Source of the DNA: Thioalkalivibrio paradoxus ARh 1
GTDB lineage: Bacteria > Pseudomonadota > Gammaproteobacteria > Ectothiorhodospirales > Ectothiorhodospiraceae
Direction of reading: 5' to 3'
Length of the DNA: 32,000 nucleotides
NCBI RefSeq assembly: GCF_000227685.2
Contig: NZ_CP007029.1
Coordinates: 306,047-338,046 of the forward strand
The notes below the pieces were generated by a model that worked only from the letters and a program-made list of their open reading frames with translations, was not told where the DNA came from and ran no database searches. This document shows, one piece after another, positions 21,448 to 29,611 of the stretch; position 1 is the stretch's first letter, and the number at the start of each line of letters is the position of its first letter. Made by a program: the position numbers and the translations under genes.

Positions 21448-21650
21448 GCAGCCCTGGGCAGGAAGGGTTCCCGTCTGGCGGCAGGCAGAAAAACGCCCCG
21501 CCTACATGAGCCTGACAGACGGGGCGACCCGCGTCGGAGACCGAGGAACCGGGCGGGCGGGGGCAGTGTAGTGTCACGCCGGTCTGGAGCGCTTCACAGC
21601 GCGCAGCGTGGTACGTTTGCAGCCATCGGAACACGGCCCAGGAGGCGGCC

Positions 21651-24134
21651 ATGAGCGACGTTCGATTTTCTGCAGATCCCAGCAGTGTCCTGCGCGCGAT
21701 GCAGGACATCCAGCGCGCGATCCAGCGCGCGGGACAGGAAGGCAAGGCCTTCTCCGAGATGGACCTGTCGCATCCGGAGTTGAAGGACCTGGAGCGCGAC
21801 ATGGCGCGGCTGCGTTCGAGCATGCTGGCGCTGCAGCGGATTTCCCCGGGAAGCCAGTTTGCGCGGGGGCTCAAGCAGTCCGGGCAAGCCGGGATGGACC
21901 CATGGGCGGTGGATTGGCGCCGTGCGTTTCCGGAGCAGCAGCAGCGGGACAAGGCGCTGCATCGGCTGGTGCAGGGATCCGGGCATGCCTACGGTGGCGA
22001 TGGCGGCCAGCGTCCGCCGGGTGGTGGTGGTTTCGCGGCGCCGATGGGTGGTTCGCTGGGGACGCTCGCACGCACGGCGCTGCCGATCGCGATGGGCGGT
22101 GGCCTCGTGGCCAGCCTGATGCGCGGGTTGCGTGAGGCCGACCAGACCAGCGAGGCCACCGATACCCTGATGCGTTACGACGAGCTGGGGCGCACATTCG
22201 ACGAACTGCGCGACAGCGTGACCGGGTTGCTGACCCAATTCGGGCTGGCCAATGCCGAGGCCGCCCGGCTGGCCGAGGGCTATGCGCGTGCTTCGGGCGA
22301 GGTGGAAGGCGCGACCGATGCGGTCAAGGATTCGGTGGCGCTGGCCCGCGGCCTGGGGATGAATGCCGAGGGCACGACGCGAGCGTTCGGCAGCCTGCAA
22401 TTCTCGGGCGTGTTCGATCGTCAGGACCGGCGCGAGTTCGCGACCATGCTGGCCGAGATGATCGGCCGGTCCGGCATGTATGCCCGCGGCGACGAACTCC
22501 TGGGCCAGGTGACGCGGATGGCGGATCGGGTGTGGGAGGCGACGCTCGAGGCGCCGAACACGCGGGCGATCATGGAAGCCTACTCGGCGATGTTCGACGT
22601 ATCGGCCGCGACCGGGAAAACCGCGCTGAAGGGTGGTGCCGGCGAACGCATCCTGGCCGCGGCCGATGCCGGGGTCCGCAACATCGGTGGCGGCGAGGCC
22701 GGCGAGTTCTTCATGTACCGGGCGCTGTCCGGGGTGACCGGCGACATCTACAAGCAGCGCTACCTGCGCGACTACGGCGCGTTCGGGACGCCTGGGCAGG
22801 CCTTCGGTGGCGACGACAATCGCACCCTGCTGCAGATCGTGATGGACCAGTTCCGGCGCGATGCCAAGAACCTGAACAACCCGTATGCGTCGTACTCGGC
22901 GCTGGGCGGGTTCTTCAACATATCCAGCCGGCAGGCCGAGGCCATGATGGCGGTGGACAAGCAGATGCGCCAGTCCGGCCTGGGCAACATGCAGTCGCTG
23001 CTGGAGCAGTCCGGCGTTGACCTGTCCGAGATGGACGCGTCGGGCCTGGGGCAGATCGCGAAGATCATCGAGGAAGCGCGCGCGGCCGGACCGGTGAACG
23101 TCGAGGACGTGGCGGATGCGATCCGGCGTGCGGCCGAGGAAGGGCGGATTCAGACCGTGGCGTCCGAATCGAACCGGGAAATGGCCCGCCTGTCCGACCA
23201 GCTCGAGCAACTGATGCGCGATGCACGCCCGTTGCTGACCAACCTGACGGGCTACCTCGCGGATGGGGTCGGCGTGGTGAACGATCTGATCGGAGAGATC
23301 AAGCAGGTCAACGAAAACCTCGCCTGGATCCGCAATCGACTGGGTTTCAGCCCGCTCCAGGCCCCGGAAGGGGTGCCCCCGGCGCAAAGCGCGATCATGG
23401 AGCAGATGATGCGCCTGCCGCTGTCGCTCTGGCAGGGTAGGCGCTCGGCGCTGGACTGGATGCGCGAGCGTTTCTCCCGGGAAGATAAGCCGGAGTCGTC
23501 CGAGCCAGAACCGTCTGGCGGCCTGGGCCGCATCGGCCCCGGGATCATCCCGTGGTCTGACCTGCACACGGTCGGGCCGGAGATCGGCTTGACCGATGGA
23601 ATCCCATCACGGGCCGCGATGGAGCGCGTGGATGCCCATTACAACCTGCCTCGGGGCACGATCTGGGCGCTGACCCGCACCGAGAGTAATCACGACCCGA
23701 ACGCCGTTTCCCATGCGGGTGCGATGGGGATCGCGCAGTTCATGCCGGGGACCGCCCGGGACATGGGCCTGAACGACCCGTTCGACCCGTATGCGTCGAT
23801 CGAAGCGGCCGGCCGCTACATGCGCCACCTGCTCGACCAGCCCTACATCCACACGCTGCAGGACGCTCTGGCTTCCTACAACGCAGGCCCCGGCAACTTC
23901 CGGGACCGCGGCGCCTACTACTGGCGCGAGCCCACCGAGCACCGGGAACGCTTCGAACGTCACTTCAGCGCCTACCAGCGCGACAACCCGGATCCGGTCA
24001 ATGTCGTGGTGCATGTGCATCCGCAACCGGACGGGCCGCCGGAGGTCGAGGTCGAGGTCGATGGCCGCGTCCGGGACACCAGCGTTGGCGAAGGCGCCTA
24101 CCACCTGAGCGACTTCGCGTTCGGGGCCGGCTGA
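21651..24134 (+). CDS. Tail tape-measure-like protein with C-terminal lytic transglycosylase (SLT) domain
   Basis: 827 aa. N-terminus MSDVRFSADPSSVLRAMQDIQRAIQ, long helical/Gly-rich body, and C-terminal LPRGTIWALTRTESNHDPNAVSHAGAMGIAQFMPGTARDMGL...QDALASYNAGPG characteristic of SLT-fold transglycosylases. Confidence 0.75.
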   Translation: MSDVRFSADPSSVLRAMQDIQRAIQRAGQEGKAFSEMDLSHPELKDLERDMARLRSSMLALQRISPGSQFARGLKQSGQAGMDPWAVDWRRAFPEQQQRDKALHRLVQGSGHAYGGDGGQRPPGGGGFAAPMGGSLGTLARTALPIAMGGGLVASLMRGLREADQTSEATDTLMRYDELGRTFDELRDSVTGLLTQFGLANAEAARLAEGYARASGEVEGATDAVKDSVALARGLGMNAEGTTRAFGSLQFSGVFDRQDRREFATMLAEMIGRSGMYARGDELLGQVTRMADRVWEATLEAPNTRAIMEAYSAMFDVSAATGKTALKGGAGERILAAADAGVRNIGGGEAGEFFMYRALSGVTGDIYKQRYLRDYGAFGTPGQAFGGDDNRTLLQIVMDQFRRDAKNLNNPYASYSALGGFFNISSRQAEAMMAVDKQMRQSGLGNMQSLLEQSGVDLSEMDASGLGQIAKIIEEARAAGPVNVEDVADAIRRAAEEGRIQTVASESNREMARLSDQLEQLMRDARPLLTNLTGYLADGVGVVNDLIGEIKQVNENLAWIRNRLGFSPLQAPEGVPPAQSAIMEQMMRLPLSLWQGRRSALDWMRERFSREDKPESSEPEPSGGLGRIGPGIIPWSDLHTVGPEIGLTDGIPSRAAMERVDAHYNLPRGTIWALTRTESNHDPNAVSHAGAMGIAQFMPGTARDMGLNDPFDPYASIEAAGRYMRHLLDQPYIHTLQDALASYNAGPGNFRDRGAYYWREPTEHRERFERHFSAYQRDNPDPVNVVVHVHPQPDGPPEVEVEVDGRVRDTSVGEGAYHLSDFAFGAG

Positions 24135-24155
24135 CCAGTCCGTCATTCCCACCTG

Positions 24156-24181
24156 AGCCCCGGCACGTCCGGGGCTTTCTC
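24156..24181 (+). terminator. Rho-independent terminator-like hairpin
   Basis: AGCCCCGG-CACGT-CCGGGGCT then TTCTCG, just after the tape-measure-like gene. Confidence 0.55.
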
Positions 24182-24182
24182 G

Positions 24183-24956
24183 TTGTGGGCGGCCGACATC
24201 GCGGCGAGGGTTCAGGAGTTGCGCGAGCAGAACCCCGACGTCACCCAGCGGGAGATTGCGGAAAGCGCGGGGGTGACGCAACAAAGGGTGTCACAAGTAA
24301 TTACTTGTACCCCTGAGAAGAAGCAAGCCGAGTCGAAGCGCCTATCCGCCCGCCAGCTCTACCTGCCGAAGGATGCGGCGCAGGCGGCCGACATCGCGGC
24401 GAAGGTGCGGGAGATGAAGGAGCAGAACCCGGAGGCGACGCAGAGGGAGATTGCCGCCGAGGTTGGTATCAGTGATCGGCATGTGAGGCGGATCAATGAG
24501 GACACAACTGTGTCCGCTTCCCGCAAGGCCCGTAATTCCGCCAACACGACCGCCCGCCAGCTCTACCTGCCGAAGGATGCAGCGCAGGCGGCCGACATCG
24601 CGGCGAAGGTGCGGGAGGCTGCGGAGAATCCGTTGCGGGAAAGCACCGGCAGACCGGAAGGGAAGAATGTTGTTAATAACAACATTAGAGCGGGCAATCA
24701 TGACCAGACCTACACCCTTCGCCGCCTGGCCCGCGATAACCCGGAACTGCTGGACAAGGTAGAAGCCGGCGAACTGACAGCCAATGCCGCCGCGATCCAG
24801 GCCGGGTTCCGGAAACCTACCAAGACCATCCCGGTGGACTCGGCAGAATCTGCAGTCCGGGCACTGCTGCGCGTGTTCCTGGCGGCCGAAATCCAGGCCG
24901 CGATTACCGAGGACAAGGAGCCGAGCGCGGGGGCGGTGGCCCCGGATGTGTCGTGA
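24183..24956 (+). CDS. Multi-HTH repeat protein
   Basis: Three related modules: AADIAARVQELREQNPDVTQREIAESAGVTQQRVSQVI, QLYLPKDAAQAADIAAKVREMKEQNPEATQREIAAEVGISDRHVRRI, QLYLPKDAAQAADIAAKVREAAENP. C-terminal LRRLARDNPELLDKVEAGELTANAAAIQAGFRKP. Start codon uncertain. Confidence 0.7.
   Translation: MWAADIAARVQELREQNPDVTQREIAESAGVTQQRVSQVITCTPEKKQAESKRLSARQLYLPKDAAQAADIAAKVREMKEQNPEATQREIAAEVGISDRHVRRINEDTTVSASRKARNSANTTARQLYLPKDAAQAADIAAKVREAAENPLRESTGRPEGKNVVNNNIRAGNHDQTYTLRRLARDNPELLDKVEAGELTANAAAIQAGFRKPTKTIPVDSAESAVRALLRVFLAAEIQAAITEDKEPSAGAVAPDVS
24346..24413 (+). repeat. 68-bp direct repeat, copy 1 (second copy 24550-24617, 67/68 identical)
   Basis: CCGCCCGCCAGCTCTACCTGCCGAAGGATGC[G/A]GCGCAGGCGGCCGACATCGCGGCGAAGGTGCGGGAG; 204-bp spacing (68 codons) preserves frame. 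Confidence 0.95.
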
Positions 24957-25019
24957 CGGCAACCTCTCGTTACCGGGCTGGAATTCGCCAGAACCCGGTC
25001 AACCGAGGAAAAGACCGAG

Positions 25020-25763
25020 ATGCAGAACATGACCGAGAAAGCCCGCGATCGCGTGGCCGCGGCGCAAGCCGAACTGGACGAGGCCGTATCCCGTGGCGAG
25101 GACACGAGTTCGATCCGTGCGACGTTGGGCCTGGCCATCGAGGAACTGGACCGGGTCGAAGCCGAAACCGAGGCACAGGCTCGCGCGGCGGCCGGTGCCG
25201 CGCAGGATGCTGTTCGTGCCGACGCTGAGCGACTGGCGAACGAAGCCGCCGCAGAGATTCAGGATGTCGTGGACCGGGTGCTTACGATCTCGAAGCCCGA
25301 GGTCGAGGTGCCAGCGGATCGCGCGGTGGACCTGTTGCTGGCGCAACAGAAGGCCCAAGCCGAGGATTCCGCGATTCGGGCTCACCGCCACAAGGTCGGG
25401 GAGCTTCGGGAACGCCTTGAGCGCCTGAAGGCCGAGCGTGCCGAGATCGGACAGCGACGGGCTGCGGGTGATGAACGCCCCGACGATGCCGCGCGGGTCC
25501 ACCTGCTGGCGACGGATGCCGAAGCGCTGGAGGATCTGATCGCGCGAGTCGAAGCCGAAGCGCCGGCCCGGGACGAACTCGTGACCAAGGCGCTGCGCGA
25601 GTGGGAGCGCGGCTGGAACAACGCGGTCAAGGAGGTTCGCGTTCACGCGCTGGCGTTGACCTGCCAGCGTCTTGAACTGGCGTTGATGGCCGCGGCGACC
25701 GCGCACCGAGACGCCGGCGGTATTCGGCGCATGGACGCGCGGTTGGCGCAGTGGGTGCGGTGA
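25020..25763 (+). CDS. Predicted coiled-coil protein
   Basis: 247 aa, Glu/Arg/Ala-rich heptad-like sequence; co-directional. Confidence 0.6.
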   Translation: MQNMTEKARDRVAAAQAELDEAVSRGEDTSSIRATLGLAIEELDRVEAETEAQARAAAGAAQDAVRADAERLANEAAAEIQDVVDRVLTISKPEVEVPADRAVDLLLAQQKAQAEDSAIRAHRHKVGELRERLERLKAERAEIGQRRAAGDERPDDAARVHLLATDAEALEDLIARVEAEAPARDELVTKALREWERGWNNAVKEVRVHALALTCQRLELALMAAATAHRDAGGIRRMDARLAQWVR

Positions 25764-25966
25764 TGGCCGCCCCGACTGGACGCAAGCCTGGCCGACCGCG
25801 GAACCTCGGACGCCAAACGCGCCTGGCGCTGCATGATCGCCTGGCGCCTGAGATTCCTGGGCTCATTGAAGGCATGATCCGGCAGGCCAAGCTGGGCGAC
25901 TCGCGGGCGATCGCTTGGTGCCTGGACCGGGCGCTGGGGCCGGGTAGTCTGCCCGCCGATGGCTGA
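25763..25966 (+). CDS. Small protein of the type found near phage terminase genes
   Basis: MAAPTGRKPGRPRNLGRQTRLALHDRLAPEIPGLIEGMIRQAKLGDSRAIAWCLDRALGPGSLPADG; start overlaps the upstream stop. Confidence 0.55.
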   Translation: MAAPTGRKPGRPRNLGRQTRLALHDRLAPEIPGLIEGMIRQAKLGDSRAIAWCLDRALGPGSLPADG

Positions 25967-26252
25967 TGAGCGGCCGGACCCGGAGGGCTGGCGTGTCACT
26001 GACCACGTGTGCCGGTACTGCCTTGGGCGCGTCCTGGAAGGCCAGCGGGAGGACGGCAGCATCGTTGCCCGCTGTGCCGACTGCGGAGCCCGCGGTGAGG
26101 GGCCGCACGACAGCGTATGCTTCTGCGGTGCGGCACTACCGAACGGCCGGCATGCTGGGCTGGCCTGCGTGCCGAACGAGAATCCGACCCCGGAGCGCTC
26201 GGCTGAGGTTGTGGTGATCTACGTTGGGGAGGATGTGCGATGCCGAGGTTGA
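25959..26252 (+). CDS. Small Cys-rich Zn-finger-like protein
   Basis: VCRYCLGRVLEG...ARCADCGARGEGPHDSVCFCG: three CxxC/CxC pairs. Confidence 0.6.
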   Translation: MADERPDPEGWRVTDHVCRYCLGRVLEGQREDGSIVARCADCGARGEGPHDSVCFCGAALPNGRHAGLACVPNENPTPERSAEVVVIYVGEDVRCRG

Positions 26253-26815
26253 CGAAAGACGAGTGGGCCGAGGCGCGCGCCCTGCGGGAAGGGGCCGGGT
26301 TGCCGTTCTCGGAGATCGCCGAGCGGATGGGCGTGGACCGTGCCGCAGTGTCCCGCCGAGCGAAGAAGGAACAGTGGGACGACGGGCAGAATGTCGCCGT
26401 AGCCATCCAGAAGAAAGTCACGGAAAAGCTCACGCGGATAGTCACGCCGAGTGACCCGGTAAAAAAGGCCGAAGCCATCGACGCCGAGGCCGCCCGCCGG
26501 GCTGGAGTGATCGACAAGCACCGGGACGAACTCGAGGCCGCGCGGGTGATGGCCCGGGCCGCGAAGGAGAACCACCAGAACGTTGGGGACCAGATTCCCG
26601 CGGACATCCACGATCCGATGGAGCGGGCGCAGGCTCTGCTGTCCATGAAGCGCGGTGCCTTCGAGGACCTGAAGGCCGCGAAGATCCACGTTGAGACCCT
26701 GAAGCTGATTCAGGAGGGCGAGCGCAAGGCCTGGGGGCTGGATATGCCGGTGGACCTGAGTGCATTGACCGACGAGCAGCTTGCAGCGCTGGCATCCGGG
26801 CGGATGCCGGTCTGA
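26240..26815 (+). CDS. Terminase small subunit-like protein (HTH + helical C-terminus)
   Basis: MPRLTKDEWAEARALREGAGLPFSEIAERMGVDRAAVSRRAKKEQW followed by a long helical region (VIDKHRDELEAARVMARAAKEN...AKIHVETLKLIQEGERKAWGLD) as in phage TerS families. Confidence 0.65.
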   Translation: MPRLTKDEWAEARALREGAGLPFSEIAERMGVDRAAVSRRAKKEQWDDGQNVAVAIQKKVTEKLTRIVTPSDPVKKAEAIDAEAARRAGVIDKHRDELEAARVMARAAKENHQNVGDQIPADIHDPMERAQALLSMKRGAFEDLKAAKIHVETLKLIQEGERKAWGLDMPVDLSALTDEQLAALASGRMPV

Positions 26816-26821
26816 AGGAGC

Positions 26822-27022
26822 CTACCCGAAGTCTCCCTCTCGGTCCTGGGCGGGCTTCCCGCCCTCGGTGCCCCCCGGCTGCTTCACCTTCGAGAGTTCC
26901 GCGTCGATGCGCCGGTCTACCTCGGCAACGTCCACCCCGTAGTCCTCGGGGTCGACCTGGCCCATGATCTCCTTCATGCGCCGGTCCACGCTCTCGCTGA
27001 TACTGTCGATTGAGCCGCCCAT
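26822..27022 (-). CDS. Small hypothetical protein, convergent with the TerS-like gene
   Basis: MGGSIDSISESVDRRMKEIMGQVDPEDYGVDVAEVDRRIDAELSKVKQPGGTEGGKPAQDREGDFG; low-bias acidic composition unlike random high-GC ORFs. Confidence 0.45.
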   Translation of the reverse strand: MGGSIDSISESVDRRMKEIMGQVDPEDYGVDVAEVDRRIDAELSKVKQPGGTEGGKPAQDREGDFG

Positions 27023-27114
27023 GGCTACCTCCGTCTGTCCGGTCCGTCCACCTTAATTGTAGGTTCTACCGGGATTCCGTGCCGTTTCCGGTGCGTTTCG
27101 TCGGGCTGGGAGCG

Positions 27115-27645
27115 ATGGCCCGCCGTGATACCAGACCCCCGATCCAGCGGGAGCGGGCCAAGGCCGGTGCCGAGAAGGCGAGGGCGAATCCTCTGGATAG
27201 CCACGGCGGAGACCGGAAAGGGGATCAAGGTTCGGGCCGAACCTTGAAGCCCAAGCGAGGGGAGAACCGCGACTACATCCTGTCCAGGCTGGCCCGGGAG
27301 GCGAAAGGCGGTGATGCCATCGAGATTCTGCGTCGCGAGATCCCGGACTATGACGCCAGGATCCAGCGGGAGCGGACGGCTGCGGTGAAGCCGGCGGCCA
27401 AGCATGGCGGGACCGGGGCGAACCAGTACACAGGCGAGGAGAGCAAACCTGACAATGTAAGGTCTGCTACTCCTGACCCCAAGCCCAAGGGTTACGGCAA
27501 CAGCAAGGACTACATCATCGGCCGCCTGAAGCGTGATTCGCGTCTCAATGGAGAAGCCTCGGGGCGAACCAATACACGGTCAATCAGAGCAAAGCTGATA
27601 ATATCAACTTTGCTTGTGCCAGTGAGCCAATGCCAGAAAGGGTGA
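27115..27645 (+). pseudogene. Truncated/rearranged paralogue of the 19142-20017 gene
   Basis: DAIEILRREIPDYDARIQRERTAAVKPAAKHGGTGANQYT...KPKGYGNSKDYIIGRLKRD matches 19.48-19.7 kb, then runs into degenerate sequence. Confidence 0.6.
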
Positions 27646-27987
27646 AAACAGCAGTGACAATGTAACGGCTGTTTCCCGGCGAGCCTAAGACCCGGGCGCG
27701 AACGGAGAGGAAAACAAAGCTTATAAAATAACCTTTGTTTCCATGCCCAAGCCCTGATGGTGGGAAAGGGAAGCGGCCGAAAGTTGGCTAAGCCCCGAGG
27801 GTAGGAAAGGCAAAGGAACTAAAGGTGCCAATGGCACAGTTAGTTCCGGGCGGGCAACCAAGCCGAGAGGTACCAACAGCAAGAACAGCGAGCCGGTACC
27901 GTACCGACCGGGAACGCCCGCGTTGACCTGGCTACCGTCCTGGCCGATCCTTCCCGTACCCACCAACAGCCAGCGAGGGAACGCGCC

Positions 27988-28167
27988 ATGCTCGTACTGA
28001 CCCGCCGTGTCGGCGAAACGCTCATCATCGGCGACGAGATCGCCGTCACCATCCTGGACGTGAAGGGCAATCAGGCCCGCGTCGGCATCGAGGCGCCCAA
28101 GGACGTGACCATCCTCCGCGAGGAACTGAGGGACCGGCCGGCCCCGGCTGTGCGCAACGCCCGCTGA
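27988..28167 (+). CDS. csrA: Carbon storage regulator CsrA homologue
   Basis: 59-aa ORF missing from the supplied track: [59 protein letters not shown]; hallmark Csr[17 protein letters not shown]...[17 protein letters not shown]. Confidence 0.95.
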   Translation: MLVLTRRVGETLIIGDEIAVTILDVKGNQARVGIEAPKDVTILREELRDRPAPAVRNAR

Positions 28168-28241
28168 ACGTCCGTTCGGCCGGCCTGGGTATCCCAGACG
28201 GAACCTGCTGGGTTTTCTGAGCGAGCAACCTGCCCTGGCGA

Positions 28242-28273
28242 GGGCAAGGCACTGCCTGGACGGTGCCTTGCCC
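28242..28273 (+). repeat. Strong stem-loop: 11-bp perfect inverted repeat with a GGA-containing loop
   Basis: GGGCAAGGCAC-TGCCTGGACG-GTGCCTTGCCC between csrA and the next small ORF. Confidence 0.85.
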
Positions 28274-28359
28274 GGTCGCGTGCGGGCGGTCGATACCGCT
28301 GGCATTCCTTTCAACCCGGTGCCATACTCCAATCAGAGGGCACGATTCAGGAGGCGGCA

Positions 28360-28536
28360 ATGCCGCGAGGTGGTAAGCGTCCGGGAGCAGGCAGGAAATC
28401 GCTGCCGGAGGACGTGAAGAAGCACAAGATCACGGTTCGGCTGAAGCGCGAGGCGGTTGAGTGGTTACGCGAGCAGCCGGTGAGCCAGGGACAGGCCATC
28501 GAGGACCTGATCGAAGGAGCACGCAGGAAGGAGTAG
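28360..28536 (+). CDS. Small RHH/CopG-like DNA-binding protein
   Basis: 58 aa: MPRGGKRPGAGRKSLPEDVKKHKITVRLKREAVEWLREQPVSQGQAIEDLIEGARRKE; preceded by RBS aggaggc; missing from the supplied track. Confidence 0.55.
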   Translation: MPRGGKRPGAGRKSLPEDVKKHKITVRLKREAVEWLREQPVSQGQAIEDLIEGARRKE

Positions 28537-28612
28537 AGAAACGCCCGAGCCGAGCGGGGGCAACCGCAAGGCCCGGACTTCCCACGACGGAACACCTATG
28601 GAGGCCACCGTC

Positions 28613-28813
28613 ATGAGCACAGCAAGTCTAGCAGTCCGTCCACGTTCCGTGGACGCATCCCCCGAAGCCCATCCCGGTATCCGCTGGTGGAACAGCCTGC
28701 CCGAGTCCGAGCGCAAGGACTGGCTGAAGCTGGCCAACAGCGCCGTGCCGGCCGATGCCTGGAAACTCCGGAACCAGTTGATGACCGGGATCCACGGGAG
28801 GGACGCGGCATGA
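28613..28813 (+). CDS. Small hypothetical protein
   Basis: MSTASLAVRPRSVDASPEAHPGIRWWNSLPESERKDWLKLANSAVPADAWKLRNQLMTGIHGRDAA; stop overlaps the next start (ATGA). Confidence 0.55.
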   Translation: MSTASLAVRPRSVDASPEAHPGIRWWNSLPESERKDWLKLANSAVPADAWKLRNQLMTGIHGRDAA

Positions 28814-29079
28814 ACGCCCGCATCCGCCTGGCGCGCGCCTATCGGCATGGGTTCAGTCGTGGCTGGTTGAACCTCAGCATGGACCCACCGCGCTCGTTGC
28901 GCCTGACCGACACCGAGGCCACCGTCTACCGCGATGGCTGGGAATCCGGCCGCAGGGAGCGCCTGGAGATCCCGGTGGCGTTCCAGGTTCGTAGGGTCGC
29001 CACGTTCGCACCCGCAGCAAAAGCGCCCAGTCCCAGCGGTAGCACCCGCCCGGACCGGACTTCCCACACGGCAACCTGA
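28810..29079 (+). CDS. Small hypothetical protein
   Basis: MNARIRLARAYRHGFSRGWLNLSMDPPRSLRLTDTEATVYRDGWESGRRERLEI...; translationally coupled to the upstream ORF. Confidence 0.5.
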   Translation: MNARIRLARAYRHGFSRGWLNLSMDPPRSLRLTDTEATVYRDGWESGRRERLEIPVAFQVRRVATFAPAAKAPSPSGSTRPDRTSHTAT

Positions 29080-29095
29080 GAAGGAGGAAGCCGAC

Positions 29096-29284
29096 ATGAG
29101 CACGAGCGAGCATACCGCAACCCCGCGGATCGACCCGATCAACGCCCTCTGGGCTCGCATCTACGAGGTCCGCGACCGATTCTATGCCGCGGTCGACGAC
29201 CTGGACGTTCAAGCAGCCACCGAGCAGCGCATCCGCGCCGACGAACTCTACCAGGCCATCCGGACCCTGCGGGGTGCCGCATGA
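29096..29284 (+). CDS. Small hypothetical protein
   Basis: MSTSEHTATPRIDPINALWARIYEVRDRFYAAVDDLDVQAATEQRIRADELYQAIRTLRGAA; RBS gaaggagg upstream. Confidence 0.55.
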   Translation: MSTSEHTATPRIDPINALWARIYEVRDRFYAAVDDLDVQAATEQRIRADELYQAIRTLRGAA

Positions 29285-29535
29285 ACGCCCTGCGCCTGGA
29301 AGCGGTGCCCACCGGCACGGACGAGTTCGAGCAGGCGTATCACCAGGCTATGGGCCGCATCACAGCGCTGACCGGGATCGTCGGCACCCTGGCCCGCGCG
29401 ACCGCCCATAGCCCCGGTGGCGACGATGGCGAAACCTCGGACGCCTGCGCGCTCTACTGGCACCTGCGCGACGAACTCGAATCCCTGAGCCTGGAAGTGC
29501 AGGAGCTTTCGCGTAGGCGTCACGATCCGGGCTGA
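29281..29535 (+). CDS. Small hypothetical helical protein
   Basis: MNALRLEAVPTGTDEFEQAYHQAMGRITALTGIVGTLARA...; ATG overlaps the upstream stop. Confidence 0.5.
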   Translation: MNALRLEAVPTGTDEFEQAYHQAMGRITALTGIVGTLARATAHSPGGDDGETSDACALYWHLRDELESLSLEVQELSRRRHDPG

Positions 29536-29566
29536 CCTGCTGCCGCTGATCCCGCCGCCCTACCGA

Positions 29567-29591
29567 CCCCGGCCGCTGTGCCGGGGTTTTT
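29567..29591 (+). terminator. Rho-independent terminator at the end of the island gene block
   Basis: CCCCGGC-CGCTGT-GCCGGGG then TTTTT. Confidence 0.8.
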
Positions 29592-29611
29592 CGTGGGTGG
29601 GGGCTCTTGCC

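Noticed and set aside
21594-23567. 657-aa minus-strand ORF antisense to the tape-measure-like gene
   Set aside because: High-GC shadow ORF. The plus strand has a convincing SLT domain and phage-like composition; the antisense product is Arg/His/Gln-rich without motifs.
29567-29591. Terminator stem CCCCGGC/GCCGGGG identical to the CRISPR repeat stem, suggesting a stray repeat
   Set aside because: Loop and flanks differ completely from the CRISPR repeat and a T tract follows; GC-rich stems of this kind are common in this genome.
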